From assembly GCF_041146345.1 (NCBI RefSeq), contig NW_027191417.1, positions 248,001 through 312,000 of the forward strand: 64,000 bases of DNA, in the 5' to 3' direction. The position numbers and the translations under genes are program-made. Below the pieces are notes generated by a model. It worked only from the letters and a program-made list of their open reading frames with translations. It was not told the origin of the DNA and searched no databases. Shown here in pieces: positions 26,335 through 40,232 of the stretch. Positions within the stretch are counted from its first letter, which is position 1. Every line of letters starts with the position of its first letter. This DNA comes from Neodothiora populina (Eukaryota).

Positions 26335-26372
26335 CCCAAGGCAAGGGCAAGGGCAAGGGCAAGGGCAAGGGC
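26335..26372. repeat. (CAAGGG)n hexanucleotide microsatellite upstream of rsp5
   Basis: gcaagggcaagggcaagggcaagggcaagggca read directly. Confidence 0.85.
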
Positions 26373-28438
26373 ATAGGCAGAGGCGAGAGAGAATAATGGC
26401 CAAGGGTCCAATTCACACTACTACGATCCTTTTTCTCAGCCAGAAGTTGATGCGCTGACTGATGTTCAGGAAAAGGCTTTGCTCAGGTAAGATAGCTCGT
26501 AGGTAAGGTACTGTTACATGGCTCTGCAGCCTAGGTTCACCACCTTATCCGCGCCAGTCTATCCTACCCTGTTCTAGCTGGAGAGCACGTTGTCTTGTCA
26601 CTAAGGCTACCTGCCCTGTGTGCACTGCAAATATACAGCAAGCGCAGTGTACATATTACACTATTGCACCATTACACCATAAACAAAGTCACAGACCCAT
26701 CGAGAAGAGTCGAGGGATCCAAGTCCACGGCAAGGCGTCCGGCCTGTGGGTTGTGGCGGAGACTAAGAGGAGCTTGCTTGGCTGGGGCTGCCACCACTAA
26801 AGGACCTTTCTGTTCAAGTCACCTCAGGTCCCTGTGGAACTGTGACAGTAACCACCGCGTCATATTGCCCCGTTGTGCCACGGCGCCCACCTCAGTCGAG
26901 GTACTCTGAATTTACAATAGCAGCTGTTTTCCAGGAATGTGCGGACAAGAGCCGCCCAATTACTGTACACGAGCGTCTCCGAGCGACTCCAGCCTTTCTT
27001 TTCTGTCTCCTAGTCATCATTCATCCGACCGCAAGCCCGTTCGCTCAGATTACGCTCAAAGTTCAGGCATACCATGCGAGGGAATAAATAACCATAATTA
27101 CTCGACTCACCAGAACGAAAAAATCCAACTCTTTTTTAAATGTCTCACCTCTCCACATCGCGGCTCTCTTTCCGCACGGAGTTCATGAGCCATACTAGGT
27201 AGGTAACTCTATATCACCTCCCGGTGTTCGAATACTACTTTACCTTGACTGGACGAGTCCACCATCATCGCGGAAACAAAGACCTGGTCCATTTCCGTGA
27301 CATCCGGTGTAGCGGTCTTGCTATGGCACCTCGAAATAACCGAGTCTGATTGAAAGCCATACGGTAAAGGGGTCCATAAAATAGCTCAAATGGTGCGAGT
27401 TCGAATCTTGCGCCCAAAAATAGACCTAAGCAAGCAAGCCAGCCAGCCGCCTGTGTGTACAGGTGTCTGTGTAGGGTCGAATAGCAATAACGCCTTTACT
27501 GTATTTCACTCGCTTTTTTTTCCGTCCCAATACTTCTAATCTCAATAACGGGCAGGCACGCAATCGTTCATCCCAACAATAAATGCATTTCTGCATTTTT
27601 CCCCCCACGAATCTCGCCGAATCCGTGTTTTTCTTTCTTGAGTACTTCACGCACAACATATTCCATAGACTCGCAGTGACCCTTCGGCCTAGCTCAGTCC
27701 GAGCCGAGAACGAGGTATACCGTGCTTGAAGGTACCGACCGCCCGATACAGCAAACATACAGTAATTGATATTAACCTTATATTCTTCCGTCTGCCGAAT
27801 AGAGTTCTCGTCTTCAGAGTGCAAATACATCAGGTCCTCATCTCCTTCGAGAAGGCGCCGCGGGCTATGGTAACATTATTGGGAGTGTGATTTCCACCAA
27901 TCGATCGCTTGTCTGTGGTCGTGTCTGTATACCAAGGAAGGTAATTAGAGAGACACCCACCTTGACCACTACTGCAAATCTCCCGCGCGAGATGAATAAG
28001 AAGCTTTGCCCTTTTCACTCTCTCTCTCGCGCATCGCCGCCCTCGTCTGCAGGTCTTGAATCACGATCCTCCTGGCCTGTTTTTGTGGCTGTGCTGCATT
28101 TGGTAGGATTCTTGGTCACTCCATGTCCTGTGCCGTCTTGCGGTGCTTCTATAGTGGTTGTATCTCGTGCAGGGAGGGGGGCTGTATCTGTTCGCTTGCA
28201 TGAGTTGAGATTGAGGACAAGACAGGAATAAGCGCGCGCGAGACACGAAGGATTTGCTTCCGTTGCTTTCATGTATGTTCTGCAGTAAGCGAGTCGTTAT
28301 GTTTACCTGTGTCTGTGTATATCTGCTATCTATGTTGTCAGATTTGTTCTCATTGGAGCACTTGAGTATGCTGTACTGTGCAACCAGGCTGTCTCGTATA
28401 TTCCCATGGATTTCGTCGTAGTCATGTTTCCGTCAAAT

Positions 28439-30326
28439 CTACCCCAAGGATCTCAGCTCGACTACATCTTCGTCGAAACTCTTCCGTCCGGCTTGTCCAT
28501 CTTCCATAGCTCCCATCAGTCTCACACCTTCCTCGTCGGTCCCCTCCAATCCCTCTCTGTTGCTGTGTCCAGCTAGTCCGTCACTTGTGTCGCCGCCTTC
28601 ATCCGACTCCTTGGAGGGACCAGGGTCCGCACTGCTATCTCTGTGTACAGCCATGTAGATGGCAGAACCGAGGATCAATGTGGATCCGATGATAGACATC
28701 GAACCCGGTGTTTGGCCAAAAACGAGCTTGTCGAAGGTGAGAGCGTACAGCATGCTTGTGTAAGTCATGTTTGTTGCGCGGGACGATTTCTCGTAAGACA
28801 AGCCTGCTGCAAGAAGGAATTGCTGTTGTAGGTGAGACGTAGTTAGTGTTGTTGATTCGATGTCTAGTGCCCCACGTAGACGATGGCCGTGCCAAGGGGG
28901 TCGATTGCTTACCATGGTGAATCCACAAATGCTATGATATATGTCAGCATCTGATCTGCTATGCAGTCGTTGCTCTTGAAGTTGTTTTGAGGTTGGACTT
29001 ACCCAAGGAAGATCAACATTCCCCATTCCCGTGCACTAGCAGGCAACAAAAACCCAACACCAGGCAAAGTCAATTGCGCAACAGTGCTGACTATCGTACA
29101 CCATACGGCGAAATAATTCGTACTGATCAAAGGATGCGCTCTCCTACCTATCCATCTGATGGTGGTGAATGCACACACGCTGCCGAAAACACCAACCAGT
29201 GCGAGTCCAACAGCCGCGAGACGCTGTGCAGGTGTTACGTTGTCATAGTTGGACGCGTCAGGTATACCCGGGGATGAAGAGGTGCCATTGACGGGTACAC
29301 CTGGGACCATGTCTCCTGTACTTCCTGCTGGTGGAGCGTCGGTTCCGGCACCTGCGAAGAGAGAAGTAGGTCGGGCAATGAAGATCACGCCAACAAATGC
29401 AACGAGAGAACCTATCTTCTCGATCCGTGTAAATGGTTCGTTGATGAGGAACGAGCATGCCCAGCAGGACAGTGAGGGGGCAAGGAAGGTGATGACTGTT
29501 GCGTCGGCCATAGGTAGATAAAGTAAAGAATCTGAATCAGAGACATCATGATGAGTGTGTCAATCGACAACTGAATGGGCAGGACAGGATTATGCTTACA
29601 ATACATTCCGAAAACGCCAAAGAACCCGCCCAGGCCACGGGCTACGAGTAACGACCGCACCTCCGGAGCACCCAATGGAAAGTGCGGAGTCTTCGTCCAC
29701 CACATGTACGCTGATGCTAGCACTACAGTGATGCTCATTCGCGCAAAAAGAATCTTCGAGTCAAGTCAGTCTACACAGCCTTGATTGTGTGTAATGTAGG
29801 GAACATCAGATGTGTCACGCACTTGAAAAGGGTGCAGTCCTTTGCCATTATTGCCTTCGACCTCCAGCATCCTAGTAGTGATATTCATCAATGTACCGAA
29901 GAACATGGCAACAAGCATATACAGTAGTCCTAGGTTATGGATCCAGATGGCCTTCAGTCTAGCACTCCAAGCTTTCCGCTTGTAAGCTTTCCCCTCTGGT
30001 AAGGAATGCTGTGCATCTCTATAGTCATGACGAGAGTACGCTGGACTGAGCGATCGAGGCCGCAATTGTTCATTCTCGTCTAATGACAGGTTGCTCAATG
30101 TGTCCGGACTAAGTGGCCTATTTGGTCTATGAAATGGCGGTGCTTCCAGAAATCGTGTGCCTTCCGGATCACTAGAGTGATGATATGGCTTCTCCGAGGT
30201 CACCCTATGAAGAGGTATAGTTGTTTCTCGCACGTGGCTGTCTAAGGGACTCGTGGACCTTGTTGTGGCAGATGAAGCTTTTTTGTCATCGTGGTAGTCA
30301 AGGTTATTGGGAACGGCCAAAGTCAT
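28439..30326 (-). CDS. EamA/DMT-superfamily membrane transporter (yeast YMR253C-like)
   Basis: NLGLLYMLVAMFFGTLMN, LHPFQ, LLVARGLGGFFGVFGMY, ADATVITFLAP, IRWIGRRAHPLIS and ATNMTYTSMLYAL. About 10 TM segments and several introns. Confidence 0.88.
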
Positions 30327-33300
30327 AATCAGTCGCTGAGAATTGGCATTAAAGGATATCAGAGAAAGAGCTAGCTAATTGATCTACTCCGGACCAGATG
30401 TGACCAAATTATTGCAGCTTCCTAACCAGGCCAACAACGAACGTGAGGCAGGACGACTTAGGTTATGGTCGGCTGGATATGGATGGGAAGAATGATTCCT
30501 GCACAAGAGTTATAGCACTCGCGTGCTTGACTTTTTGTCGATCGGATTGGTTCATGAGCGCGTGAGTGGAGGGAATGGGGGTTATGTGCGGTTGGCCAAT
30601 GAGAAGCCACGGCTCGATGTATGACAGCATGCGAAGTCATGATCTAACCTAAATAGTGCACCGCCCTCCTCCATTCGCCTATCTCATGGTTCTTCTGGGT
30701 CTGCGATACCGGAACAACGGTTGCTTTTGCATGACATGATAGCCGCGGAGGGGATCTGGCGGTGAATCTAATGTTAGCATTTTCGTGCTTGGAGGTACTT
30801 TGCACGTGACGCATCTAGGATTGGCGGTGCTAGACATGTTGTAGTACCTTCGTAGATGCCTCCCCCACTACCGTGTATTTCGTACACAATTGATGACCTG
30901 ATGATGTTGATCGAGATGGTATAGTACGTAACATACGAACACGGATCTGTCGCCATCAGCTGAAACTCGTCAGAGGGTCCCTCGCATTCTGCAAGCTGAC
31001 GTGTGGAGACCTCCCCCTAAGGTAGGGATATCAAGCTCATACAGCATCATAGGACGAGCACGGTATGCTGTTGCATGAAACATGCCACAAGTCAACTCAC
31101 GTGTGCTGTCTCAAGACATGGTCTCAACCTGAGCTTCTCGGGCCTGATATGTATGACTTGCGCTCATGCACTCATGTTTCCCGCACAGCTGTGTCGAGTG
31201 GATGCCAATTAGCCGTGTGCAAGGCACTTTGCCAAGGATCATCATCCACTCAAGGACAGTCACAAGCAATACTATATCCGGAGACACCATCGAAGCCTAC
31301 CATACACGGGTCGGAAGTAAGGTACCCGTTAGTAAGAGACAAGAGCATGCTGTCCTCTTTGATAGATGGATAGGTGAATCTTCTGCATATCAGTAGATCT
31401 ACCGAAACCTTCGAGGCATGACTAATTGCACCTTTTCCAACACTCGCCCATGTAGAACAGGCCATGGCGATGTATGCGGATACGTGTGTTGAAAAAGGGA
31501 AGATGGCGTTGGAGATAAAGTAAACGTGCCCATCTTGGGGTGATCCCGTACGAGGATGCAATCCGAGGCTCTGATTCTCAGCACTGCCTGCTAATGGCAA
31601 CGACGCTGAGATGGGCAGAGAAACCGGTAAGCAACAGTATACGAGTAACCTAACTCTAGACGAAAGCGCGCCCCGTGTTTGCATCCCTATGTACGTGTTC
31701 AGAGGAGATTATAGATTCGTACGCCAGATACCAACCATCTATGAGAAAGTGAAGGCTATTTGACGCGCATCAGGGTAAGTCTTGACCATATTCCGTGAAC
31801 ATATGGCACTTTGTGGCTTAGTGAGTCGCCACGCCAGTTGCGTATGGACCTATAATAGCTCTTATCGTTGTTCACCTTGTGCAGTTGTGATCATGAGAAA
31901 TGATGAAACGCGGTATATCGAAGCGCACGGGGCACACATTCCCCATGTAAATTATGATTTCGTTTTCGTGCCCCGGATGTAAGGCACACTTGTACGAAGA
32001 TAGAACGGCGGATCATTTGTGTGGCTGTTCGCCCGAGAGAGACGGAGGTAGGATCCTTGAGTCTTCTTGAAGTGTTCAACATGAAGGAAACGCTGGACAA
32101 TTGGTGGACAGCCTTCCACTAAAGTCAAGTGAATTCTGGAAAACCACGATGCACATTCTAGCCCGTGGAATTGGACAAGATAGACGTTGCCTATCACGGT
32201 AGCAATCTCAGTAAAACAGTAGAAATGAAGCGAGAAGCGATTAAGCCGATCAAACCAGTGAAGCTAGCTCTTCTGTACGGGTCATGGCGGAGATGGAGGA
32301 TATGGAAGATTCCTCAATACCTGCGAGCAAGGCGGATTTTCTCCAACGGTCTCGTTGCATATTTCCCGCAGCACATGAGGCCGAGGGTATAAGCCTGCAG
32401 CAGGTACGGGACTTCCACATGGTTCATCTCAAAAGACGAGAGCGGAAGTTGTTTGGTTGGACAAAACCCGCGAGGATGATGGATGCGGCGCAGGCAGAAG
32501 CGAGCCAAGCTACGGGAGGATAGATAAAGAAAGGCTTAGCGTGGGGAAAACAGATTGGAGGCGATTAGCGCAGGGATGCTAGGCTGTTAGAGGCATCAAG
32601 CTAACCTGTTCCTGGATGGGCTCATGCTGTTCAGTGGGTCTCGGGAAGAGTGTTTTTGTTATGATTGTGGATCAGGAGAGCGAAACACAAAGTGAAATTG
32701 GAGCTTGCGTGAGCAGGGGTTAAAGGTCAAAGTCTAGGAGTCGAAGAGACAGACACAAAGCGACTGGTACTGTATGTGAGAGGATGTAGAGCAGAGATAG
32801 GTATCTTTGGCAGTCTGCTCGACCACATGCAGGATGCAACAGGTTGTCTGTATATCGTGCCGTCTCATGGCAGATCGATGGTATCAATGCAGGGGAAATA
32901 ACGGCTTGTCAATTTCATCCTGAAGCATACTTCTGCCATGGTGACACAGCGGCCTCAGGGTTTTTCGAGGCTTACTCTGTATTGGCTTCCAAGATGACAG
33001 CGATACGCAATAGCGAGAGGATATGGAATAGACGGGCAAACGGTCGGTAATTGTGGTTGACAATGCGCCCCTGCTTAGCGCCAACTGGCGGTGGATGTTA
33101 TGGTGATGTGGTGGTCTTTGCACGAAGGCCCGGGTCCAGAGCGGAAGGCGGATTGGTGCGTTCCTTGAATCGAAGTGCAGTAGTTGGTCGGGGACTAGTA
33201 GTTAATGTAGAAGGACGGGGGTGGATATGCTCTATCTTCTTTCCCATCTCTAGGCGCAGGCGATTTCACAAACTACGAACACCATCACCAACTCCATCCC

Positions 33301-33754
33301 AGACCTCTCCCCAACTTGGTCTTCGATGATCTCAACGTTCTCGTCTCACTGACCCCAGTCCTTCCTTTTTTCAATTGTAGATAATCTTTGCCAGCATTCT
33401 TTTTTCGGGCCAGGATATCTCAGCCATTCTTTTTACTCCCCATACACTCCTTAATCCGCCAGCGCTTCACTTGTGAAAGACACTGCAATCACACCTCGAC
33501 GCCGCGAAGCGTCACAGACACCCAATCGACAATTATTGTAAACACACATTGCTCAGTGGCAAATCGAGACGTTGTATCGTTGCTGTAGATAATCATCTCT
33601 GGATCACTCGACATACGCCGCTGCTATCTTTGGATTTCCACAAAACGCCTTTGCAGAAGCCCATAATCACGGCACTGTTCTTTGCTTTGCATCTGCAGGA
33701 CGACCGACCATTTTGAGTAATTACAGCCACCGACCAAGCCGACATAATTCGAGA

Positions 33755-35794
33755 ATGAAGCTCCAATTGAGCTCACATAATGTCTTTCATCCGCATAACT
33801 TCCACGCCCAGAGTGGCTCGAAAGCGACGCGGAGTATGGAAGGCGCGGCGACAGTGGTAGAGAGATCCGGCGCTTCTGTCACTGCGTCGTCCAAAACCCC
33901 TGCACAAGAAGCCAACACCGACAACTTGATTATTGGTCTTACCGTAGCGTGAGTTTGAAGATCAGCCAGAAAAACATAATCATCAAAACTAACCGGCCAA
34001 CAGAATCCCCATCGCTGTAGCAATCGTGGTCTTAATTCTCCTACATCGCCGTGTCAAGCGAAAGCAAAGACAGGAAGATGCCGACGACAAGCATAAATCT
34101 CTGGACTTCGGCATGGACGACGTTGTCACCAGCAGCAAGAAGACGAAAGGAAGACAGCCCAAGTTGCCGGAGATGACGGTGACAGACATGGAGAAATCGA
34201 CCTTGTCAACCATCCACTCGCACAACAAGGGCATGTCGCTCGACATCAACACTCCTTATCTTCTTCCTGCCGACGTTAACCAATCGAGAGAGTCTTTCGC
34301 TTCAATGTCAAGGACGCCTCTTGACGAGGAAGACCCTTACCGACCTGTGACCATGGCTAGATCTGAGGCTAGCTCTATTAGTTCTCCCATCTCTACCCGC
34401 AACCCCAAGTTCGGTGGCGAATCCGGCTCCAACACTCCTTCCGGTGACGCACCCCATGCCGGACTGCTCCAAAACGCTCAACGCATGTCAACTTCTGATC
34501 CCTTCGCCGACGACGCTTCTTCTTCCTCCTCGCCTGACAGCGAGCACCATCACTACGAGCAGCACCTGTCTCCTGTCGACAAACGCAGATCTCTAGCCAC
34601 GTCTCAAACCCCTACCGTCCAGGTCACTCAACCCAAGGAAGTCCCTGCTGCCGTACCCAAGATCGAAGAACCCTATGTTGTCACCCCTCCATCCCCAGCA
34701 GCACAACAATCGCATCCTGCTGCTGCCGCTGCTGGACTTTCCATCAATGTCCCACCACCACCTCCTGTCATCAACGAGCCTGCGGTCGAAGAAGCTGCTG
34801 CTGCGCCTCAATCGAACCGCATGTCTACTGCCAACCCTGATGCCCGCCGAGTGTCCGTGATGGGCCTGAGACCTCTTCCTCCGGATGATCCTGCCGACAA
34901 CCCTGAGCAGCGTGCCAACCGTATCAGATCTTTCTACAAGGAGTACTTTGACGATTCTAAGCCCAACCCGTCCGGTATCTATCCCCAGTACAACCCTTAC
35001 GCAGACGAATACGAAGGTGGCTACCTCGAGGACGGTGCCATGTACGACCCTGACTCCGGTGACTTCATCCACGCACAACCACCTCGACCACCGTTCGCTG
35101 AAGGCATGACCCGTCGTGCCATGACCCCTGATTTCACCCCTGGCCGCCGCATGCGCAGCAACACTGCTTCTCTTCAATCTACTGGACACATTGACAACCC
35201 CGCTTTCCGTGGCCCTCGTGCACCTGCACAGAAGCCCATGCCTCCACCTTCGGCGCTCAAGTCTTTACCCACTCCTTCCAAACTTCAAGGCGACGATATG
35301 GTCTTCCTCAACCCTACCGACTTTGCCCCTCTGCCGACTTATCGCGATCAACAGCTAGGCCGTGGACCTGACAGTCCCCTGGGAGTTGTCAGACCTTATA
35401 GTCCCGCTGTTCCTGCTCACAACCCTCTCCTCAAGAGTTACGACGACATGGCCGCTCTTCCCAGCCCGTGAGTATCTTTCCATTTGTTATTCTATGAGTT
35501 TTTAAGACTTACGTAAATCGTTTCAGGCATCTCCTTCGTAAATCAGGCACCTTCACATCTCTCGACTTCGCACCTCCTCCGCGCTTCCGAAACGTCGATG
35601 GAGGAAGTGGTAGCGATGCAGGCAGTATCCGCTCGAACCGCAGCGGCATCTCCGCCATGCAAAACAACGCCATTCGTGCCGGCGCCTACAGAGTCTCTCG
35701 TTTACCGGCGCAAATGGTTGGCACAAAGGACGATCTCGCAATGTCATTACGTCCGACGTGGGAGTTGCGTGGTGTGAATCCCGGCTCAACCTAG
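33755..35794 (+). CDS. Conserved fungal hypothetical single-pass membrane protein with a long Pro/Ser-rich cytoplasmic tail
   Basis: Spliced TM segment LIIGLTVA|IPIAVAIVVLILL followed by HRRVKRK. Conserved-looking blocks DKHKSLDFG, PEQRANRIRSFYKEYF and PSPHLLRKSGTFTSLDFAPP. Introns about 33949-34003 and 35468-35526. Start could be ATG 33755 or 33836. Confidence 0.75.
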
Positions 35795-36784
35795 GATGAC
35801 ACATTATTGTGTCGTTGACCACTTGCAGCCACTCTGAGACGAACCATGCCCCCCCACATCCCCGTTGAATCTACCAAATCCATCTCCAGCGGAGTAGAGA
35901 GATCATTATCCCCACCACGTTTTGTTTTGTACGGCGAATTTCTTTGTTTTATTTGGTTTTTTACTATTCACTTCTCTGAGCGCCAAAGTTTTGTTTTGTA
36001 CCTATCTTCCGGCAATCTTATCTCGGCATCATCCATCCTCCCCTGAGCGAGGGGAGGCTTGCAATTTATCGTTGTTCATACGCTAGACAAATCGAAAGGA
36101 AAGGAGGGTTTTTAGAAGAGAGGAGGTGCACAAGCAAAGATTATCAAGAGAGAAAAGAAAACGCTCAGTAGGAAGAGGATGCGTCTCTGGAGGACAGAGG
36201 ACGAAGGGAAGAGAAGGGAGAGAGGAAGAGAGGGAAAAAGTCTACATGGTACATATGCACGTTCTTTTCCTTCTTTCTGATCTTTTCTTCTCGACCTTAT
36301 GTACCTCGAATATACCAAGACACGTATCGTGTTTTTTCTTATCCGTTACTTTTCTTGGCTTGGTATTTTTTTCTCCATTCATCTTCTTCCGATCGACTCG
36401 TCTTTTCCTTTTTTGCTTTGCTTTCTTTCGTAACTAAAACGTGTGTTCTCTGCTTGTTCCTGGTTTCAATGCGTGCATTTGTTCACTGGTACCACCCTGG
36501 AGTTGTTCTACCTGGCGTTCTCAGTGGTAAAAAGGGCGGTTTTGTGTTCATTCGCGTCCGGTAGTCGATGAGAAAGGTGTTTAGAAAAAATACAATGATC
36601 ACAATATATGTACATACCTTACATACATGACCTTGTCTCTCACATGCCTAGTGACGGCCATTTCCCTTAGTTCTTTCCATCAGGCTGGCTCTGTCAATCC
36701 GACACCTGTGACTTTTCCTTTATTTCCCTCTTTCGTTTCCTCATTTCTACTCCCGATTCGCGTGCATGAACCGACAGATACACT

Positions 36785-39748
36785 TCACAGCGTCCCGAAC
36801 GCAGGCCACCACTCCGTCATCATGACTCCTGTCCCTGTCCCCGTCGCGTTGGCGTTCGTCGTCAGATTTCCTGCTTCCGCTGAGCCTGATCCTGGTCCCG
36901 CTGTCCTCGTCATTGCATCTCCGCCTCCTGCTCCGCCTGCACCTACACTATCGGAGGTCGAACCCAGCTGCTGCTGCTGCTGCTGCGGGAGATATCCAAA
37001 ACCCCCGGGCGATCCAGTATCGTTACTATACCCATACTCAAATCCCGACAGAAAAGCTGAAGACGAGGGATGCTGTTGTTGTTGCTGCTGCTGATGTTGC
37101 TGATGAGTATTCGAGAAAAAGCCTCCAAGACTCACGAGGCCGAGGTTCTGGTTCAGACCGTTGACGCCGATGGATTCCGAGGTCAGCCAGTCTTCGAAGG
37201 GGGTCGAGAGGAAGAGGTTTGATGATTGGTCGTCTGAGAGGGGGGCTGGATCTGGGTGGTTTGGTTGGTGCGAGTAGAATAAGGGGTTGCTGGGGTGTTC
37301 TGTTGTCGAGGACTGGTGCTGGTGCTGGGGATCGGGCGGGGTTGTGCTTGCGTATGTTGGGCTTGCGGTTGAATGCACGCCGCTTGGTATCGTGTTGTCT
37401 ACTTTGCGTCGCTTTCTCGACGTGTTGTTCTGCTTGCTCTGCTGGACCTCACTCGTTTGTCTCTCGCGAAGACTGGCGGCTATGTACGACTTGGCCAACT
37501 TGGCGAATCCGTCGCATAGCCTGTGGAATCGGGTGATGGTGTCCGAGGATTCGTAAGCGGGGCCTAGGAGGATGGAGGAAACAAAGTCTTCGAGGAGAGA
37601 TAGATCGGGCAGGGAGAGTGTGTTTACGCAGTTTGTGAAGATTACCATGAAGGGTGTGAAGGGGGTGTTGAGAATTGTCCTATAATGGTCAGCCTTACTT
37701 GTAGGTTACTGCTATGGTAGGAAAGAAGAACTACCAGTTGAAGTATTCAAGCCAGACGTCTTTGCTCGCGACCTGAAGTGTTCGAATCGCTTTCTGGTGG
37801 GACAACATCGCGGACCGAGCTGCGTTGATGCAATACGTATTGAGCGACAGTGACAGATGACTCGGATCTGTGTTTGCCATGGGCATTTTGCGATACACAA
37901 GCGTAAGGAGGCAATCGAGAAGGACTTCGTTGGACTCGCCCAGCATCTTGAAGTAGAACTGCTCGAAATCAGGCGATTTAAGCATCTGTTTTAAGTCAGC
38001 ACATAATCACCGTAAGCTCGGGATACTGCTTGATTCTGATTTCAATGGCAAGAACGTACCTGCTCATTCTTTGCTGCCGCATCTTGGATCTGCCGAGCAA
38101 GGTCTTCAACGGCATGCATTCTCTGCTCAACCGTACTGGTCGAGGCGCCAGGACTATATAGCTTCTCGTAGATCATCCCATGTAGAGTCGCCACATCCAA
38201 CGCGAGATGCGCAAACAAGCCCCAATTCACCCATCGAGGATCTGTAGGTGGCTCTGGATACTCGAGAGCGACATCGTAATCCTGAAAGGTCGAAGACACG
38301 CCTAAACGAAGCGAGAGACACTTGTCGTTGAAGTAGATGGTCCAGAACAAACCTTTCTTGATTCTTGCTTCCTTGGGGTTGTCCTGATTGATGACGTTCT
38401 TACGGTGCCATCCGAGGCTTTGGCATAACCTTGCACCGGCGCACGTCAAAGTCCAGCATAAGGAAAAGTCCGCTGCTTGAATGGATTGGGCTGACTGCAA
38501 CAATGTCAGCACGTACTCTAGGTAGTGTCTGTCTCAGCCAACTTACTCCAGTAGCCAGAGCCGTAATGTTCTCTATTGTCGGCGCAAGTATCAGAGGAAA
38601 TTTGAGAAGACTATTCTTCAGATTCGCCAGACAACGTTCAGCATATACGCGATATGCAACGCCAGACGCATCGGTCTTGTTTGGCGAATGTTCGATGAGA
38701 AGTGGATGTCCGCTGAACATGGAGTACAGTCCGCTATGCACTATGACCTGTAAAGCAACAGAGGCTTGCTCGGGTGCATCGTAAAATCGTTTACAGTCGT
38801 TCGCGAATTTATCGGCATCGAAGTCCATGTACCAATACCAAGCCAGAATGGTTTCATCACCGGTATCTGATCGATCATCAGCCTGTGGCCTCGGAAAAGA
38901 AATTCAATAAAATCACTGGTGTGTACCTTTGACAGCCCGTATGACTTCCATCGCTGCTGAGCGAGGTGGAAGTGGCTCTGGAGTCCCAGCTGCGCCGTTA
39001 GATGTACGATTCACCCGAAGACGTGAACCGTGGCGATTAGGCCATCCATGTTGTTGCATTTCTTGCAATGCAACGAGGGCAGCCGACACATCCGGATCGT
39101 TTCGTACATTCGTATTGTGACCCAGCAAGCTTTCCAGTGTGCTGTGAGCTTGTTGGGTAGAGGCACTCAGAGACGATTCACCCTCAAATTGTGCCGTGGC
39201 ACTATGCTCAGGTCGAATACTCTCCTGGCCTGCATCGTGTTCTCTCTCATTCTCCCTGGGGTCTGTCTTGGGAGATAGTACTTTTGGTTCTTGAGACGAC
39301 TGGTTTTCAACCAGACGATGGAGCAGGCGCTCGATACCCGTCAAACGATCTTCAATCGCATCGATCTTTTGTTCACTACAGAACGATATTCAGTGCGAGA
39401 ACCTGCCGCAATCTGGAGAAAGACTCACTATTGGTTCGATATGAGCACTCGCTGACGCTGCTCTTTCGGAGGCCGATCAGAAGTGTGACAAGTTATTTTG
39501 GCCGTGGAGCAATTAGAGCAAGGCGTAGCTTTATCACAGCGGATCTTTTTGTTTTAAATCACGTTTTCTCAGCGATTACCTTCCAATGACGAAGACATTA
39601 CGCGACTCACCTTTCTGGCTCGACAATTGTCACACTACTCACATACAATATCAGAACTGGACTATCGGGACAGATACATGATTTCTCAACGAACCGCTCG
39701 CGCTGCTATAATACCCAAAGGCGTACTTCCCGACTCCGGGTCTGTCAT
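36785..39748 (-). CDS. Zn(II)2Cys6 transcription factor with fungal-specific TF domain
   Basis: Spliced MTDPESGSTPLGIIAARA|CDNCRARK|IRCDKATPCSNCSTAKITC, then ARLCQSLGWHR and LFWTIYFNDKCLSLRLG. Gln-rich C-terminus; many introns. Confidence 0.88.
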
Positions 39749-40232
39749 CTCAACGAATCACTCTGCGAACCATACAGGCATGGTCACCAAGGAAACGATG
39801 ACTCGATAAGATCTGGACGATTGTAAAGTTCCGTTTTTCTATGTTATGTACATGTTCCCAACAGCATCAGAGGGGCACTAGTTTGCACTGGAGACCTTTT
39901 CCAGCTGCCAAGTCAACGTTGAGATTAGTCGCTCGTGAGCGCATCTGACTTGGATTGCAACGATTGAAATGCATTGCACACGTGCTATGGATACCTGCTT
40001 AATTGAACAAAACGAATGTCGCTTGTACCGTAGAATAGTAAATCCACGAACATGTGGTTGGGGACGTGGCATCGTGAAATATTTATCTAGTGTCCTATCT
40101 GGTTTCGTAATTCTACTTGTGCCAAGTGACAACACTCGAGCCTTTCGTGACCGACTCCTCCACTTCACCCGATACATGCAATGCTCAACGCCATGCTGGA
40201 AAACAAAGGACAAGAAAGGAAATTGCTACTGA

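Noticed and set aside
31891..32523. Short ORFs that might be a gene relic
   Set aside because: I could not assemble a coherent protein or recognise a family.
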